Positions 48,835-59,262 of a stretch of 64,000 nt of DNA are shown in pieces. Within the stretch, counting starts at the first letter, position 1. Every line of letters starts with the position of its first letter. Source of the stretch: Methanocellaceae archaeon UBA148 (GTDB lineage: Archaea > Halobacteriota > UBA148); assembly GCA_002495885.1 (NCBI GenBank), contig DAHG01000033.1:86997-150996 (forward strand), written 5' to 3'. Below the pieces are notes generated by a model. The model was not told the origin of the DNA. It saw only the letters and a list, made by a program, of their open reading frames with translations, and did no database searches. Both the position numbers and the translations under genes were made by a program.

Positions 48835-50172
48835 ATGAACTCAATTATGAAACAAATTTTTGGAACAGACGGTGTGAGAGGCATCGTAAACAAGGAGTTA
48901 ACGCCAAAACTTGCTCTAGAGTTATGCATGAGTCTTGGGACTTTCATAGATGGCGGAGGAGTTGCGATAGGGAGGGACACAAGAATATCGGGCGAGATGT
49001 TCAAGAATGCTGCGATATCTGGCTTATTGGCAACAGGCTGCAAAGTGGTAGACCTAGGAATTGCCCCCACGCCAGCTATCGACTACTATGTGAGAGATGA
49101 GATGGATGCTGGTATCATCATAACTGCATCTCATAACCCAAGGGAATACAATGGCTTGAAATTTATAGCGAGGGATGGTATTGGGTTCAACAGAGAAGAG
49201 GAAAGAAAAATAGAAAAAATATATAACGAAAAGAATTTCAGAAATGCCGAATGGGATGGTACTGGGGCTCTATCTACAAATGATGCGATCCAAAGATACA
49301 AAGATGGGATCAAAAAACTTGTCAACGTGGAGAAAATACAAAAAAGGAATTTCAAGGTAGTCGTCGACACTGGCTGTGGTGCCGGAGGCATTGTTACGCC
49401 TTCGTTATTAAGAGAACTGGGCTGCACTGTGATCACGTTGAACGCACAGTTGGATGGGACCTTCCCCAAAAGACCCCCAGAACCAACCGGTGAAGTCCTC
49501 GGAGATCTGATTACACTGGTGAAACGGAGTGGTGCAGACCTGGGGGTGGCGCATGATGGTGATGCCGATAGAGTGGTTTTCGTGGATGAGAATGGCTCTT
49601 TCGTGAGTGAAGACGTATCGCTCGCAATATGCGCAAAAGATGCATTGCAAGAGAGGAAAGGTATTGTCGTGACTCCAGTGAGTTCGTCGTTATGCGTTAA
49701 AGATGTCGTAGAGCAATATGGTGGCAATTTGGTTTGGACGCCCATAGGGAGCATCCACGTAGCGAGGAAAATGATCGAACTGGGGGCAGTATTCGGTGGA
49801 GAGGGAAACGGTGGACTGATATTTCCCAAGCACCAATACTGCAGAGATGGAGCCATGGCAGTCGCAAAGGTACTTGAAATGATTTGTGAAAAGAGGATGT
49901 CCCAGCTTGTTGAAGAAATACCACGCTACTATAACGTGAAGAAGAAAGTGAAAGTCATCGACAAAGAGGGCGTGATGGAGACGGTCTTAGGTAAGCTCAA
50001 GAATAACATAGATGCAACGGATGGGGTTAAAATTTGGTATGAGGAGGGATGGGTATTGATCAGGCCCTCTGGAACCGAGCCCATCATTCGAATATATGCA
50101 GAATCCAAGTCCAAGGAAAGAGTGAACGAGCTTGCTCAGGACGGCATCAATCTGATCAAACAAGTGAGCTGA
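48835..50172 (+). CDS. glmM: Phosphoglucosamine mutase / phosphomannomutase
   Basis: FGTDGVRG, TASHNP, DGDADR, GEGNGG, RPSGTEP. Confidence 0.88.
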   Translation: MNSIMKQIFGTDGVRGIVNKELTPKLALELCMSLGTFIDGGGVAIGRDTRISGEMFKNAAISGLLATGCKVVDLGIAPTPAIDYYVRDEMDAGIIITASHNPREYNGLKFIARDGIGFNREEERKIEKIYNEKNFRNAEWDGTGALSTNDAIQRYKDGIKKLVNVEKIQKRNFKVVVDTGCGAGGIVTPSLLRELGCTVITLNAQLDGTFPKRPPEPTGEVLGDLITLVKRSGADLGVAHDGDADRVVFVDENGSFVSEDVSLAICAKDALQERKGIVVTPVSSSLCVKDVVEQYGGNLVWTPIGSIHVARKMIELGAVFGGEGNGGLIFPKHQYCRDGAMAVAKVLEMICEKRMSQLVEEIPRYYNVKKKVKVIDKEGVMETVLGKLKNNIDATDGVKIWYEEGWVLIRPSGTEPIIRIYAESKSKERVNELAQDGINLIKQVS

Positions 50173-51069
50173 ATGTTGTCAAAAATAATGGTCACAGGAT
50201 GCAGTGGGTTCATCGGCACCCATTTGGTCAAGAGACTTATAGATAACGGTTTTCAAGTGACCGGATATGATCTGAACGCATCATTAATCAGAGATCGCAA
50301 TTTTAGCCTCGTAAGGGGAGACATACTCGATATAGAAAAATTGCGGGATAGCATGAAAGGTTGTAAAAGCGTATTTCATCTGGCTGCGCAGACAAAAGTC
50401 CCAGAATCAACTAAGGATCCCCTTGCAGATTTCAAAACAAATTCAGAAGGAACTTTTAACGTTCTTTCCATAGCCCAAGAGCATAATGCAAAAGTGATAT
50501 ATGCATCGACATCCACGGTTTATGGTGCTGCTGAGATGCCAACCAAAGAATCACACCAGTTGCGACCGGTATCTTTCTACGGTACATCAAAGGCGGCAGG
50601 AGATATGTACTGTTCTGCTTTTAACAGCACATTTGATTTAGATACAATAGTTCTTCGAATCTTCAACGCATATGGTCCAGGTAATGGAAAGGGCGTGATG
50701 TATGACTTGTTCAAGAAGTTGGAACTTGATCCAACGCACTTGGAGATTATAGGGACCGGATTACAAAAGAAGGATTACGTGTACATCGATGACGCCGTGG
50801 AGGCTTTCATGACCGCATATGAGAAGGGGGCATCAGGCGAAGCATACAATGTCGGTAGCGGCGTCTCCACGACAGTTAATGATATAGCAGGGATTATTTT
50901 TGATACCTTGAATGTTTGCCCCAAAACAACGTACACTGGGGAGTCTTGGATGGGAGATGTTGAATCATCCCTGGCAGATCTCTCAAAATTAAAAAAATTA
51001 GGATGGCACCCAAAGGTCAGTATAAAAGAAGGGATTGAAAAAGTGTATGAGTGGATACAGCTAATCTGA
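50173..51069 (+). CDS. NAD-dependent nucleotide-sugar epimerase/dehydratase
   Basis: TGCSGFIG, HLAA, YGTSK (YxxxK), RIFNAYGP. Confidence 0.9.
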   Translation: MLSKIMVTGCSGFIGTHLVKRLIDNGFQVTGYDLNASLIRDRNFSLVRGDILDIEKLRDSMKGCKSVFHLAAQTKVPESTKDPLADFKTNSEGTFNVLSIAQEHNAKVIYASTSTVYGAAEMPTKESHQLRPVSFYGTSKAAGDMYCSAFNSTFDLDTIVLRIFNAYGPGNGKGVMYDLFKKLELDPTHLEIIGTGLQKKDYVYIDDAVEAFMTAYEKGASGEAYNVGSGVSTTVNDIAGIIFDTLNVCPKTTYTGESWMGDVESSLADLSKLKKLGWHPKVSIKEGIEKVYEWIQLI

Positions 51070-51080
51070 TCTTATCTTTT

Positions 51081-51950
51081 TTATCCCAGCCTATCCCATT
51101 TTCTCTTTTTGAGGGTTATTATCAACACTATGAGTACTACTATGATAATCCCTGCGATGATGCCATATTTTATAAGAGTGTTACGCTCCAGTTGACCTTC
51201 ATAGGTTTCTATCGCGGCCCTTGCACTATCAGAGGCTCTTGTAGCTTCATCATAAGAATCTTCAGCCGCTTGTTTCGACGCACCCATATCAGGTACCTCA
51301 TACAAAACTTTAGCGCTGCCCAGCGATCCCTCTGCTGAGTTAAGGAAACCTTTTGATGCTTCTAGCATCGCTGCTGGAACACCTGCATCTTCGGCAGATT
51401 TGATGTCGTTTTTAGCCATCATTATTCGCTTGTCAGCCTGGTCTATGGAAGTTAATACTTCATTAATTTCATCGGTCGTTATGTAGGCTGAGATCTCGGT
51501 TATGGCTTTATCCCCTTCCAAGATCTGCATCAAATGGTAGTATTCCTTCTTTCCAACTTCTGGTGCTATGCCAGATAATCCGATTGTTAGGTTGTTATAT
51601 ACCGAATGATCGAATTCCAGGGTAAATTCCCAATTACGCTGTGTATCCCGATAAGCCCAGCCGCTGGCATTCTCCATCTTAATGTCCCATATTGGGTCCA
51701 TCAAACTCGTACTCAAATGTAGTGTGGTCCTGTCGGTCAGATTTGAACTGACCTCTTTCAAAACAACCTCATCTATATGTACTCTGTCCCCCGCAAACAA
51801 GTCCTCAGTGGGGACAGCACTCCTGGAACTTTCTTCGATTTTCTGCGCGAGAGCGCCTTGAGATCCGATAGCAAAGACCAATAAAAATATTACGCCAAAC
51901 GTGATCAACCTTTTCATTCCATCCACCATCAGAATAAAATCCCCCATCAA
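51081..51950 (-). CDS. Secreted single-pass membrane protein with helical stalk, coupled to cetZ
   Basis: Signal peptide, beta-rich domain, Ala-rich coiled-coil, C-terminal TM helix and KKRKWDRLG tail; ATGA overlap with the cetZ stop. Confidence 0.8.
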   Translation of the reverse strand: MMGDFILMVDGMKRLITFGVIFLLVFAIGSQGALAQKIEESSRSAVPTEDLFAGDRVHIDEVVLKEVSSNLTDRTTLHLSTSLMDPIWDIKMENASGWAYRDTQRNWEFTLEFDHSVYNNLTIGLSGIAPEVGKKEYYHLMQILEGDKAITEISAYITTDEINEVLTSIDQADKRIMMAKNDIKSAEDAGVPAAMLEASKGFLNSAEGSLGSAKVLYEVPDMGASKQAAEDSYDEATRASDSARAAIETYEGQLERNTLIKYGIIAGIIIVVLIVLIITLKKRKWDRLG

Positions 51951-53119
51951 AATAAAGGCTGCAAATCTTCGGCATTCATCAACTCTTCGATCCTCTCGCC
52001 TTTTTTCTCACTAAACTCTGCCATTCTTACCTGTGCATCTATAGCGAGTTGCTGTAGTTCTTTGATTCGTGGTACATTTGAAACACCGGATAAAAGGACG
52101 ACACCTGCCACATATTTACTACCTGGGATTGGGTAATCTCCCCCGCGAACTTCTCCGCCACCTATTGCATCCTCGAGCCATAATCTCGCCTTTTCCGTTC
52201 CAACTCTACTCAACTGCTCCGGCGGTCCTGCTATCAAAACGAGGGCTTTTTCAGCACTTTTGATGTCGCATGGCATAGTCAACCGCCCCATAGCAGCCCT
52301 TCTTACCAAGGAAACAACCTTAGTAGTTGAATCAAGCGATTCTATGGATGTCTTTCTTCTGAACATGTTTCTGAGTTTTCCCAGCAAGCCAACTCTTTGT
52401 GCCTCTTCTCTTGCATAGCCGATGACCGAAATCTCTCCACCTTTGAGGGTGTTGATGATCTCGGACGAATCTATTACCGACTCCCCCACTACTCCCTTGG
52501 GGGAACGTGGTGCTTCTCCTGCACCAAGTATGATGCCGAGTCTCCTGGCAATTTCCTCATTTATGTACTGATATGACTCTACAATGGTTGTTCCTTCCTT
52601 CTTCCAAGAATCATTATCGAATAAAAAGAGGGCGTCAACTTCTTTTATAAAAGTCATTAGACTTCTGGCCGCATTCAATGAATAGAGCGAACCCTCCTCA
52701 TTTGATGGCAGTATTCCCAGACCATAGACCGGCTCTGAATAAAGTTTTTTCAACCTTCTTGCAATGACCGGGGCCCCACCAGACCCAGTTCCACCACCAA
52801 GTCCAGCTGCTACCAAAAACGCCTCTGTCATATGAGTGCCCCGTGCATCCACAGCGCTTTGAATCGTATAGATATCATCTGTGGCTATCTTTGCACCCAT
52901 TTCATTGTCCGCACCAATGCCATGGCCTTTCGATACCGTCTGACCTATGAGAAGGCGGTCTTCCATTGGTATTTGGGTCAGACCCATGAGATCTGTTTTG
53001 GCAGTATTAATAGCCAATGCCCTCGCAATAGAGCTTTGGCCTGTTTTCTTATCGTATTCCAGAAGCAAATCTATTATCTTTCCTCCTGCCTGTCCAAAGC
53101 CAATTGCAAATAGTTTCAT
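51947..53119 (-). CDS. cetZ: Tubulin/FtsZ superfamily protein CetZ
   Basis: MKL..IGFGQAGGKI, NTAK.DL, KGHG.GADNE.G, GLGGGTGSGG, NAARS, FDNDSW, DSSEIINTL, EVRGGDYP; lacks the FtsZ N-terminal extension. Confidence 0.93.
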   Translation of the reverse strand: MKLFAIGFGQAGGKIIDLLLEYDKKTGQSSIARALAINTAKTDLMGLTQIPMEDRLLIGQTVSKGHGIGADNEMGAKIATDDIYTIQSAVDARGTHMTEAFLVAAGLGGGTGSGGAPVIARRLKKLYSEPVYGLGILPSNEEGSLYSLNAARSLMTFIKEVDALFLFDNDSWKKEGTTIVESYQYINEEIARRLGIILGAGEAPRSPKGVVGESVIDSSEIINTLKGGEISVIGYAREEAQRVGLLGKLRNMFRRKTSIESLDSTTKVVSLVRRAAMGRLTMPCDIKSAEKALVLIAGPPEQLSRVGTEKARLWLEDAIGGGEVRGGDYPIPGSKYVAGVVLLSGVSNVPRIKELQQLAIDAQVRMAEFSEKKGERIEELMNAEDLQPLF

Positions 53120-53195
53120 TTTTACCCACTCTATTGTTTATCTACTCTATTTTTACCCTGTTTTTTTGAATATTGTGTCAGGCCACTATATATAT

Positions 53196-53855
53196 CTATT
53201 CATATCCAGCAGGTATAACACGAACGTCTTTGAGTATAACACAGTTGTTATAAACGTTTTTCAGATATATCCCCTCAATGGGTATCTCAAACAATTTCTT
53301 ATCGGTCTTGACCTTCAGCTCAATCAGGTCCCCGGTTTTATCATCATAAACGATGTCGGTCACAGTTCCGATTATGGTACCATCGATGTATGTAACTTTT
53401 TGGCCGAAGATATCCTTTGCTGAGGGTTTATTATCTTTATACCGATGTATCAGTTGCGATATGGATTCTTCCTTTTTTTTAAATGAATCCATGCTAATCC
53501 CCATGAGAATTGCAAGCGCTTTTATGTCCACGATGTCGTCCAAACCTCTCAGCTTTTTTCTACTACGCAAGTCATACAGCATCGTATATATCTGGGCCTG
53601 GGCGTAGGCAAATGGATCGAGTTTATTGTTACTGACAAGATATTCTTTTACTATCCTTTTAACCTCATCACAAATGACATTGGAAAGCTCTTCTTTGGAT
53701 AGATCCTTTTCCATGATAGCAGACGGAATCCTAAAATCTTTCTTGATGAAATGCTCTAGGGTTTCATCAGCAACGGGCTCCATTAGGAAGTTCCAGGGAA
53801 AAAGACGGGAGCGTAAATAATTATGGACTCTCTCTTTTATTATTTCTTTTTTCAT
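53196..53855 (-). CDS. Protein with helical N-terminus and C-terminal PRC-barrel
   Basis: KDIFGQKV...DG..IGTVTDIVYD.KTG.L..L.V...IP......V...VI is the PRC-barrel pattern. Confidence 0.8.
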   Translation of the reverse strand: MKKEIIKERVHNYLRSRLFPWNFLMEPVADETLEHFIKKDFRIPSAIMEKDLSKEELSNVICDEVKRIVKEYLVSNNKLDPFAYAQAQIYTMLYDLRSRKKLRGLDDIVDIKALAILMGISMDSFKKKEESISQLIHRYKDNKPSAKDIFGQKVTYIDGTIIGTVTDIVYDDKTGDLIELKVKTDKKLFEIPIEGIYLKNVYNNCVILKDVRVIPAGYE

Positions 53856-53873
53856 AGCTTCCTTCTAAGTTTT

Positions 53874-54821
53874 TCATAATTTCCTGCGAAGCATTTGATA
53901 CAATTTTGATGCTTTAGAATTGTCCTTCTTTCCTATATCCTCTTCAGTAGGTACTTCTTTTCTACACAGCAGCCAAACCCATTTTCCAAAATCAGTTACC
54001 TCATAGATATCGCCACGTTTCTCCACTAGATTATAATCCCAATCATCCCCGACCAGATAATCCATACTGTCCTTCAGCAGCCCATCGTACATCTCACTCA
54101 CGAGCCCTTTATATTCCTCATCCTCGATACTGCAGATTTCTTGAATTTCTTTTATATTTAATCCCTTGCAAGAATTGATTAAGACGCTGAAGCCGGTAAA
54201 TGCATAATCCCTCTCTCTTAGGCGCCTCCAGCATAAGTCCAGTTGGTTATTCCTACCCAACATTTTTTTTGCAGTTTCTTGGAGAAGAGTTGTTATGGAA
54301 TCTAAAATTCTTAATGCTTCGATATCATTGAAGTCTGGAGTTTTGATCGTCACCCCTTTATTGCTCATCGTGGCATTTTTAAATTCGACAATAGGCTTTG
54401 GGTCGCCAAATAATATGTCCGTTAAGGCCCTAAAATATTGCTCTGTTAGGGGTTCTCTTTCTGGATCGTAGGGATACAGATTGCCATGCCTCAGATCCAG
54501 ACTGGGGCCAAAGTATGCCACCAGTTCAAGAAGGTCGCGTCTTATTTGTTCAATATTTGCAAAATCACCCTCTTTAGTGTCTATCGTTCTACTTAACTGT
54601 TTCAACTCACCCTCTAATTGCGACCTGAGATTACCACTAATCCCTTTGTTTAACAGTGCCTCAATGTCATTTATCTTTTTTCGTATTTCATCCGGTTCAT
54701 CAGCACCTGTACGGTCTCTCAAAAGCCAATATTCCTTCGCCAGTATAGTTGCCCTTTCGTTAAAGGCGGCTTCACGCATAATTACTCCCGTTGAAACATC
54801 TTTAAAGGCCGATTCACGCAT
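53874..54821 (-). CDS. Hypothetical protein: coiled-coil N-terminus, possible C-terminal winged helix
   Basis: 315-aa ORF 18 bp from the PRC gene; LVEKRGDIYEVTDFGKW resembles a wHTH wing. Confidence 0.7.
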   Translation of the reverse strand: MRESAFKDVSTGVIMREAAFNERATILAKEYWLLRDRTGADEPDEIRKKINDIEALLNKGISGNLRSQLEGELKQLSRTIDTKEGDFANIEQIRRDLLELVAYFGPSLDLRHGNLYPYDPEREPLTEQYFRALTDILFGDPKPIVEFKNATMSNKGVTIKTPDFNDIEALRILDSITTLLQETAKKMLGRNNQLDLCWRRLRERDYAFTGFSVLINSCKGLNIKEIQEICSIEDEEYKGLVSEMYDGLLKDSMDYLVGDDWDYNLVEKRGDIYEVTDFGKWVWLLCRKEVPTEEDIGKKDNSKASKLYQMLRRKL

Positions 54822-54829
54822 AATTACTC
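54760..54829 (-). repeat. 28-bp direct repeat (period 42) duplicating the translation start
   Basis: GAGTAATTATGCGTGAA occurs twice, giving MRESAF...MREAAF. Confidence 0.85.
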
Positions 54830-54888
54830 ACTTGTACACTTTTTTGGTAATCCATAACCCATATTAATAACTTACTATATAAGTAGTT

Positions 54889-55992
54889 GTGATGAAATAC
54901 GTCGTGCTAGTTGGAGATGGAATGGAAGACTACCCCATAAAAGCTTTAGAGGGTAGAACGCCATTACAGGTTGCCCACACACCAAACATGGATTTCATCT
55001 CAGCTGAGGGGAGCATGGGTACTGTAAAAACAATACCTGAGGGCATGTATCCAGGAAGCGATGTTGCCAACCTATCCATCCTTGGATATGATCCCAGAAA
55101 ATATTATACCGGCAGGGGACCTTTAGAGGCGGCAAGCATGGGCGTTTTTTTAGATGAAGATGATGTGGCTTTTAGATGTAATCTGGTTACCGTGAAAGAC
55201 GGTATACTCGTTGATTACAGTGCAGATCACATATCAACTGAGGATGGCGGGGGCTTAATAAAACTCATAGATGAGAAGTTGGGGGGCAAGAACATCAGTT
55301 TCCATCCCGGAATTAGCTATCGTCATCTATTGGTTCTAAAGGGCTGCGAAAAGGTGAAATGTGTCCCACCACATGATATGGTGGGACATTTGATAGAGGA
55401 AAATCTTCCCTTTGGCAAGGGCAGTAAATTGCTAAAAAATCTTATGCAAGACTCAAGGTCTTTCCTGGGGGAATACATGATCTGGCCGTGGGGACCTGGC
55501 AAAGCGCCAAGCATGCCCTCTTTCGAGGAGAAATATGGCTTAAGCGGCTCCGTGATATGTGCTGTAGATCTAATCAAAGGTATCGGCAGATGTGCTGGAT
55601 TACAAATCATAAATGTACCAGGTGCCACTGGTTACTTGGATACGAACTATAGGGAAAAAGCAGATTATGCACTGATGTCTTTAGAAAAAAAAGATTTCGC
55701 TTTCGTGCATGTAGAGGCGCCGGATGAGGCTGGTCACGAAGGAAATATGGAGGCAAAGATCAAAGCCATAGAGGATTTTGATGAAAAGGTCGTGGGAACG
55801 ATGTTGGATGGTTTAGATAGATATGAAGAATATAAGATTTTGGTGCTGTCAGACCATCCCACGCCGATATCACTCAGGACCCACACTCCCGATCCGGTCG
55901 GTTTCTCCGTCTTCTCCACAGGTGAGCTCCAGCCCATGGGTTTTATTGAGGAAGGGTACAGATTGATGGACATTTTTATCAAAGGGTGTTAG
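54889..55992 (+). CDS. apgM: Cofactor-independent phosphoglycerate mutase (ApgM family)
   Basis: GDGM.D, PGSDVAN, TGRGPLEA, HVEAPDEAGH, SDHPTP. Confidence 0.92.
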   Translation: MMKYVVLVGDGMEDYPIKALEGRTPLQVAHTPNMDFISAEGSMGTVKTIPEGMYPGSDVANLSILGYDPRKYYTGRGPLEAASMGVFLDEDDVAFRCNLVTVKDGILVDYSADHISTEDGGGLIKLIDEKLGGKNISFHPGISYRHLLVLKGCEKVKCVPPHDMVGHLIEENLPFGKGSKLLKNLMQDSRSFLGEYMIWPWGPGKAPSMPSFEEKYGLSGSVICAVDLIKGIGRCAGLQIINVPGATGYLDTNYREKADYALMSLEKKDFAFVHVEAPDEAGHEGNMEAKIKAIEDFDEKVVGTMLDGLDRYEEYKILVLSDHPTPISLRTHTPDPVGFSVFSTGELQPMGFIEEGYRLMDIFIKGC

Positions 55993-55994
55993 CG

Positions 55995-56891
55995 ATGGAT
56001 CATATCACGGTAAAGGCACCTGCAACGTCTGCCAACCTAGGCTCTGGCTTTGATGTGTTTGGCATAGCACTGCAAATCCCATATGACATCATCGAGCTTG
56101 AGCCCCAGGATGTAACGGAGATAAAAGTCGACGGAGTTGGCAGAGACCTTATTTCCACAGATCCCGCAAAGAACACGGCAGGAATTACCGCATCAGAGCT
56201 GGGATGCAATGCGAAAATTACGGTTCATAAAGGAATCAGACCCTGCAGCGGGCTTGGATCTTCTGCAGCTAGCGCAGCCGGAGCAGCCTTAGGTCTAAAC
56301 GAACTCTTTGGTCTCAGACTTTCAGAAAACGAACTTATCAGGGCAGCAGTTAAAGGTGAAAAAGTCGTGTCTGGAGCAGCACATGCGGATAACGTTGCTG
56401 CAGCTCTACTCGGTGGATTTACGATAGCGAATGGCGAAAATGTAATCCAACTGGAACCGCCTGATATCGGCATCGTTGCGGTATTACCAGATATTTCCGT
56501 TGAGACAAGAGCAGCGAGATCCATACTACCTCCAAAAGTATCGCTGGAAGACTTGGTTTTCAACGTCGGAAACGCATCCTCGTTGGTCATCGGCATGGTT
56601 ACCGGAAATCTGGAACTTATTGGGAGGAGCATGCAAGATCGCATAATAACGCCAGTGCGTTCAAAGCTCATTCCTTGTTACGAGGATGTGAGGGAGAGCG
56701 CCTTAGAAGCTGGTGCAGCAGGTGCAACGATCAGCGGCTCTGGTCCAGCCATGATCGCCGTCTGCGAGTTTGACAGAAGGGGTGAAATAGCAGATGCAAT
56801 GGTGGGTGCTTTCAATCGCAATGGGATAAAAAGCGAACCCTTCATAACCCGACCAGGCAGTGGTGCAGAGATCGTGAAGGGGAGTGAATGA
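55995..56891 (+). CDS. thrB: Homoserine kinase
   Basis: APATSANLGSGFD, GLGSSAAS, HADNV, ISGSGP. Confidence 0.94.
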   Translation: MDHITVKAPATSANLGSGFDVFGIALQIPYDIIELEPQDVTEIKVDGVGRDLISTDPAKNTAGITASELGCNAKITVHKGIRPCSGLGSSAASAAGAALGLNELFGLRLSENELIRAAVKGEKVVSGAAHADNVAAALLGGFTIANGENVIQLEPPDIGIVAVLPDISVETRAARSILPPKVSLEDLVFNVGNASSLVIGMVTGNLELIGRSMQDRIITPVRSKLIPCYEDVRESALEAGAAGATISGSGPAMIAVCEFDRRGEIADAMVGAFNRNGIKSEPFITRPGSGAEIVKGSE

Positions 56892-57207
56892 AAGGGTTAA
56901 GCTGATACTACTATTCCTAATCACCGTTATCCTTGTTGTTTGGTCTGGCACTGGTATGGTGGATGTTATTGAGCTCGTCAGCAAGTCCAACACCTATGCA
57001 AAAGCCTGCACCAACATCGACAACAACCATAACTACGCCGAAGTTCAACCACAAGCTAAAATTGGAAAAGATTGGTGTTCAAATATCACTTCTGAAAAAG
57101 TTATAATCCATGCTAGCTATGCTGAATGCGTCCGATTGGACAATTTTGCAGCAAACCTAAAACTCTGGATGAAGAAGAAAGGACGGAAAGTTATTTCTCG
57201 GAAATGA
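56884..57207 (+). CDS. Hypothetical secreted/membrane protein, possibly decayed
   Basis: N-terminal hydrophobic segment; overlaps the thrB stop; no recognised motif. Confidence 0.35.
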   Translation: MNERVKLILLFLITVILVVWSGTGMVDVIELVSKSNTYAKACTNIDNNHNYAEVQPQAKIGKDWCSNITSEKVIIHASYAECVRLDNFAANLKLWMKKKGRKVISRK

Positions 57208-57358
57208 TGGGACCAGGAGAGAACAAAACATCCTCAGCAAGCTTTAGTACCTAGGCATAAATGAAGGTAAGAGTAGTGAAGAGGGTCTGGCTGTTGACAG
57301 GGATATCCTGATAAAGCCGGAGAGATGGAGTCATGATGGATACTAAAGGAGCGAAATC

Positions 57359-58093
57359 TTGAGAGCCGAAGCTTTTATAGTTAAAGGCGTCCCGCAGATC
57401 GAAAGTGGGGATGACCTGGGCAATATGATATCCGAATTAGCCCAACTAGTGGACGGAGATATCATAGTGGTCGCCTCTACCGTCGTTGCAAAGTCTGAGG
57501 GTAGAGTGCTACGCCTAAAGGATATAGAGCCTGGCTATGACGCCAAGAGGATTGCACGCCTAAATGAGGAGGACCCCCGGTTTGTCCAGGCGGTATTGGA
57601 TGAAAGCGAGGAAATTCTGATCGAGAATCCTTTTTTGCTGGTCCAGACCCCCACGGGTCATATATGCGTGAATGCAGGTATAGATCGATCAAACATTCGG
57701 GACGGATTTGTGATTTTGTTGCCAGAAGATCCAGATAGAAGCGCAAAAAATATCAGAGATTCAACCGGCAAACACATTGCAGTCATCATCTCAGACACGT
57801 GCGGCAGACCATTCAGAACTGGGCAAACAGGTATCGCAATTGGATGTGCTGGCATCTCTGTTATTAAGGACTGGAGAGGCGAAAAAGATCTGTTTGGCAG
57901 AGAGCTAAAAGTGACAAGAGAGGCGATTGTAGATGAACTGGCCGGTTTTGCGAATATGTTAATGGGTGAAGCTTCCGGGGGGACGCCCGTGGTGATAATT
58001 CGTGGAATCCAATGGCAAGATAGCAAGGAAGGAATCAAGAGCATATATAGGCCCAAAGAGGAGGATCTGATAAAAAAGGCGCTTAAAAAGTAG
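57359..58093 (+). CDS. cofE: Coenzyme F420-0:L-glutamate ligase
   Basis: P.I..GDDL, VVAKSEGR, NAGIDRSN, SDT.GRPFR.G, D.RG..DLFG.EL, GEA..GTP. Confidence 0.94.
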   Translation: MRAEAFIVKGVPQIESGDDLGNMISELAQLVDGDIIVVASTVVAKSEGRVLRLKDIEPGYDAKRIARLNEEDPRFVQAVLDESEEILIENPFLLVQTPTGHICVNAGIDRSNIRDGFVILLPEDPDRSAKNIRDSTGKHIAVIISDTCGRPFRTGQTGIAIGCAGISVIKDWRGEKDLFGRELKVTREAIVDELAGFANMLMGEASGGTPVVIIRGIQWQDSKEGIKSIYRPKEEDLIKKALKK

Positions 58094-58224
58094 CTGCAAG
58101 TTGTAACCAGCTTATAACCAGCGTTAAAGACCCAAAAAGACAAAGAAGTGTGTAAATTAGGGAAGATACGGATGAATGTCTCATTCGGATGCTTGCCTGT
58201 ATTGTTAGATTAGTGTCGTAATTC

Positions 58225-58260
58225 GTAATAATAGTAACAAAAGTAATAATAGTAACAAAA
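58225..58260. repeat. Perfect 18-bp tandem duplication GTAATAATAGTAACAAAA x2
   Basis: Directly visible in the cofE-UbiA intergenic region. Confidence 0.85.
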
Positions 58261-58296
58261 GGCAACATAATAAAACAAAACTTTATTCCTGCAAGC

Positions 58297-59262
58297 TCAG
58301 AACAAAGTAACCGCTGCGGCCAGCATTGCAATTATTATCCATTCGCCATCCACGAGCAAATCAACTGAAGTCCCTATTTTTAACTTATCCTTACAAAAAT
58401 ACAGGATATACCAGTACCCATAAAAAACGCAAAATATTAAGACGACAAGGTACTGGCGGAAAAAGTCCATGAAATAAGAAAATGCGAGCCAGACTAGGAG
58501 GGTTGAGTTTAATCCCAGGAGCAGATTTTTTGAGTTATGTCTTCCAAAAAATACCGGAATTGTCCTCACACCGCTTAGTTTATCGCCTTCGATATCTCGA
58601 ACATCAAATACAACCGTGTTGATGAAGCATTTCATGAAAAAGAGATAAAAAATCAAGATTATTGGAAGGTAATCACGAAAAGAAACTGCTAAGGGTATGA
58701 AAGCGCCTAATACCGCCCAAGACAGTGCAACTACAATATTTTTTACGCCTGTTATGTCTTTCAGTCGGAAGTTGGATATTTTTATACTGTATACAATCCC
58801 CATACAAAAAGGAAAGAGAATTATAAGGATAGAAAGGGGGTTTTTTAAAAAAGATAAAGACAAGGCAACGATGAAAGACGCTACTGTAGCCCAGGTAACC
58901 AAACGTTTATTTTTTTCAATAAATCCTGCCCTTTCAGGCACATTTACCGAATCTTCTTCTATATCGGTTAATTTATTGATGTTGTATATGGCAAAAATAA
59001 CAAGGAAAGAAGCAATCAGCAATTTAAAACTAATCTGCACTTCATAAAGCAAGAAAGAAAAATAAGGTAACAAAAAGGCGATGATGGCAATGAATAGGGA
59101 ACTGACTGACAGGAATGACAGGAATTTGTCAAACAAGGAACGGATATCTTTAAGTTTGAGATGGATATTGAATATTAGATAACTACCGAGAACATTGCCT
59201 AAACCCGCATCTACATCTGTCTCGTATACGGGTTTACATCCATAAGTTAATATTTTAGACAT
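58297..59262 (-). CDS. UbiA-family prenyltransferase
   Basis: NKLTDIEED (NxxxDxxxD) and FDVRDIEGD motifs; about 8 TM helices. Confidence 0.88.
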   Translation of the reverse strand: MSKILTYGCKPVYETDVDAGLGNVLGSYLIFNIHLKLKDIRSLFDKFLSFLSVSSLFIAIIAFLLPYFSFLLYEVQISFKLLIASFLVIFAIYNINKLTDIEEDSVNVPERAGFIEKNKRLVTWATVASFIVALSLSFLKNPLSILIILFPFCMGIVYSIKISNFRLKDITGVKNIVVALSWAVLGAFIPLAVSFRDYLPIILIFYLFFMKCFINTVVFDVRDIEGDKLSGVRTIPVFFGRHNSKNLLLGLNSTLLVWLAFSYFMDFFRQYLVVLIFCVFYGYWYILYFCKDKLKIGTSVDLLVDGEWIIIAMLAAAVTLF

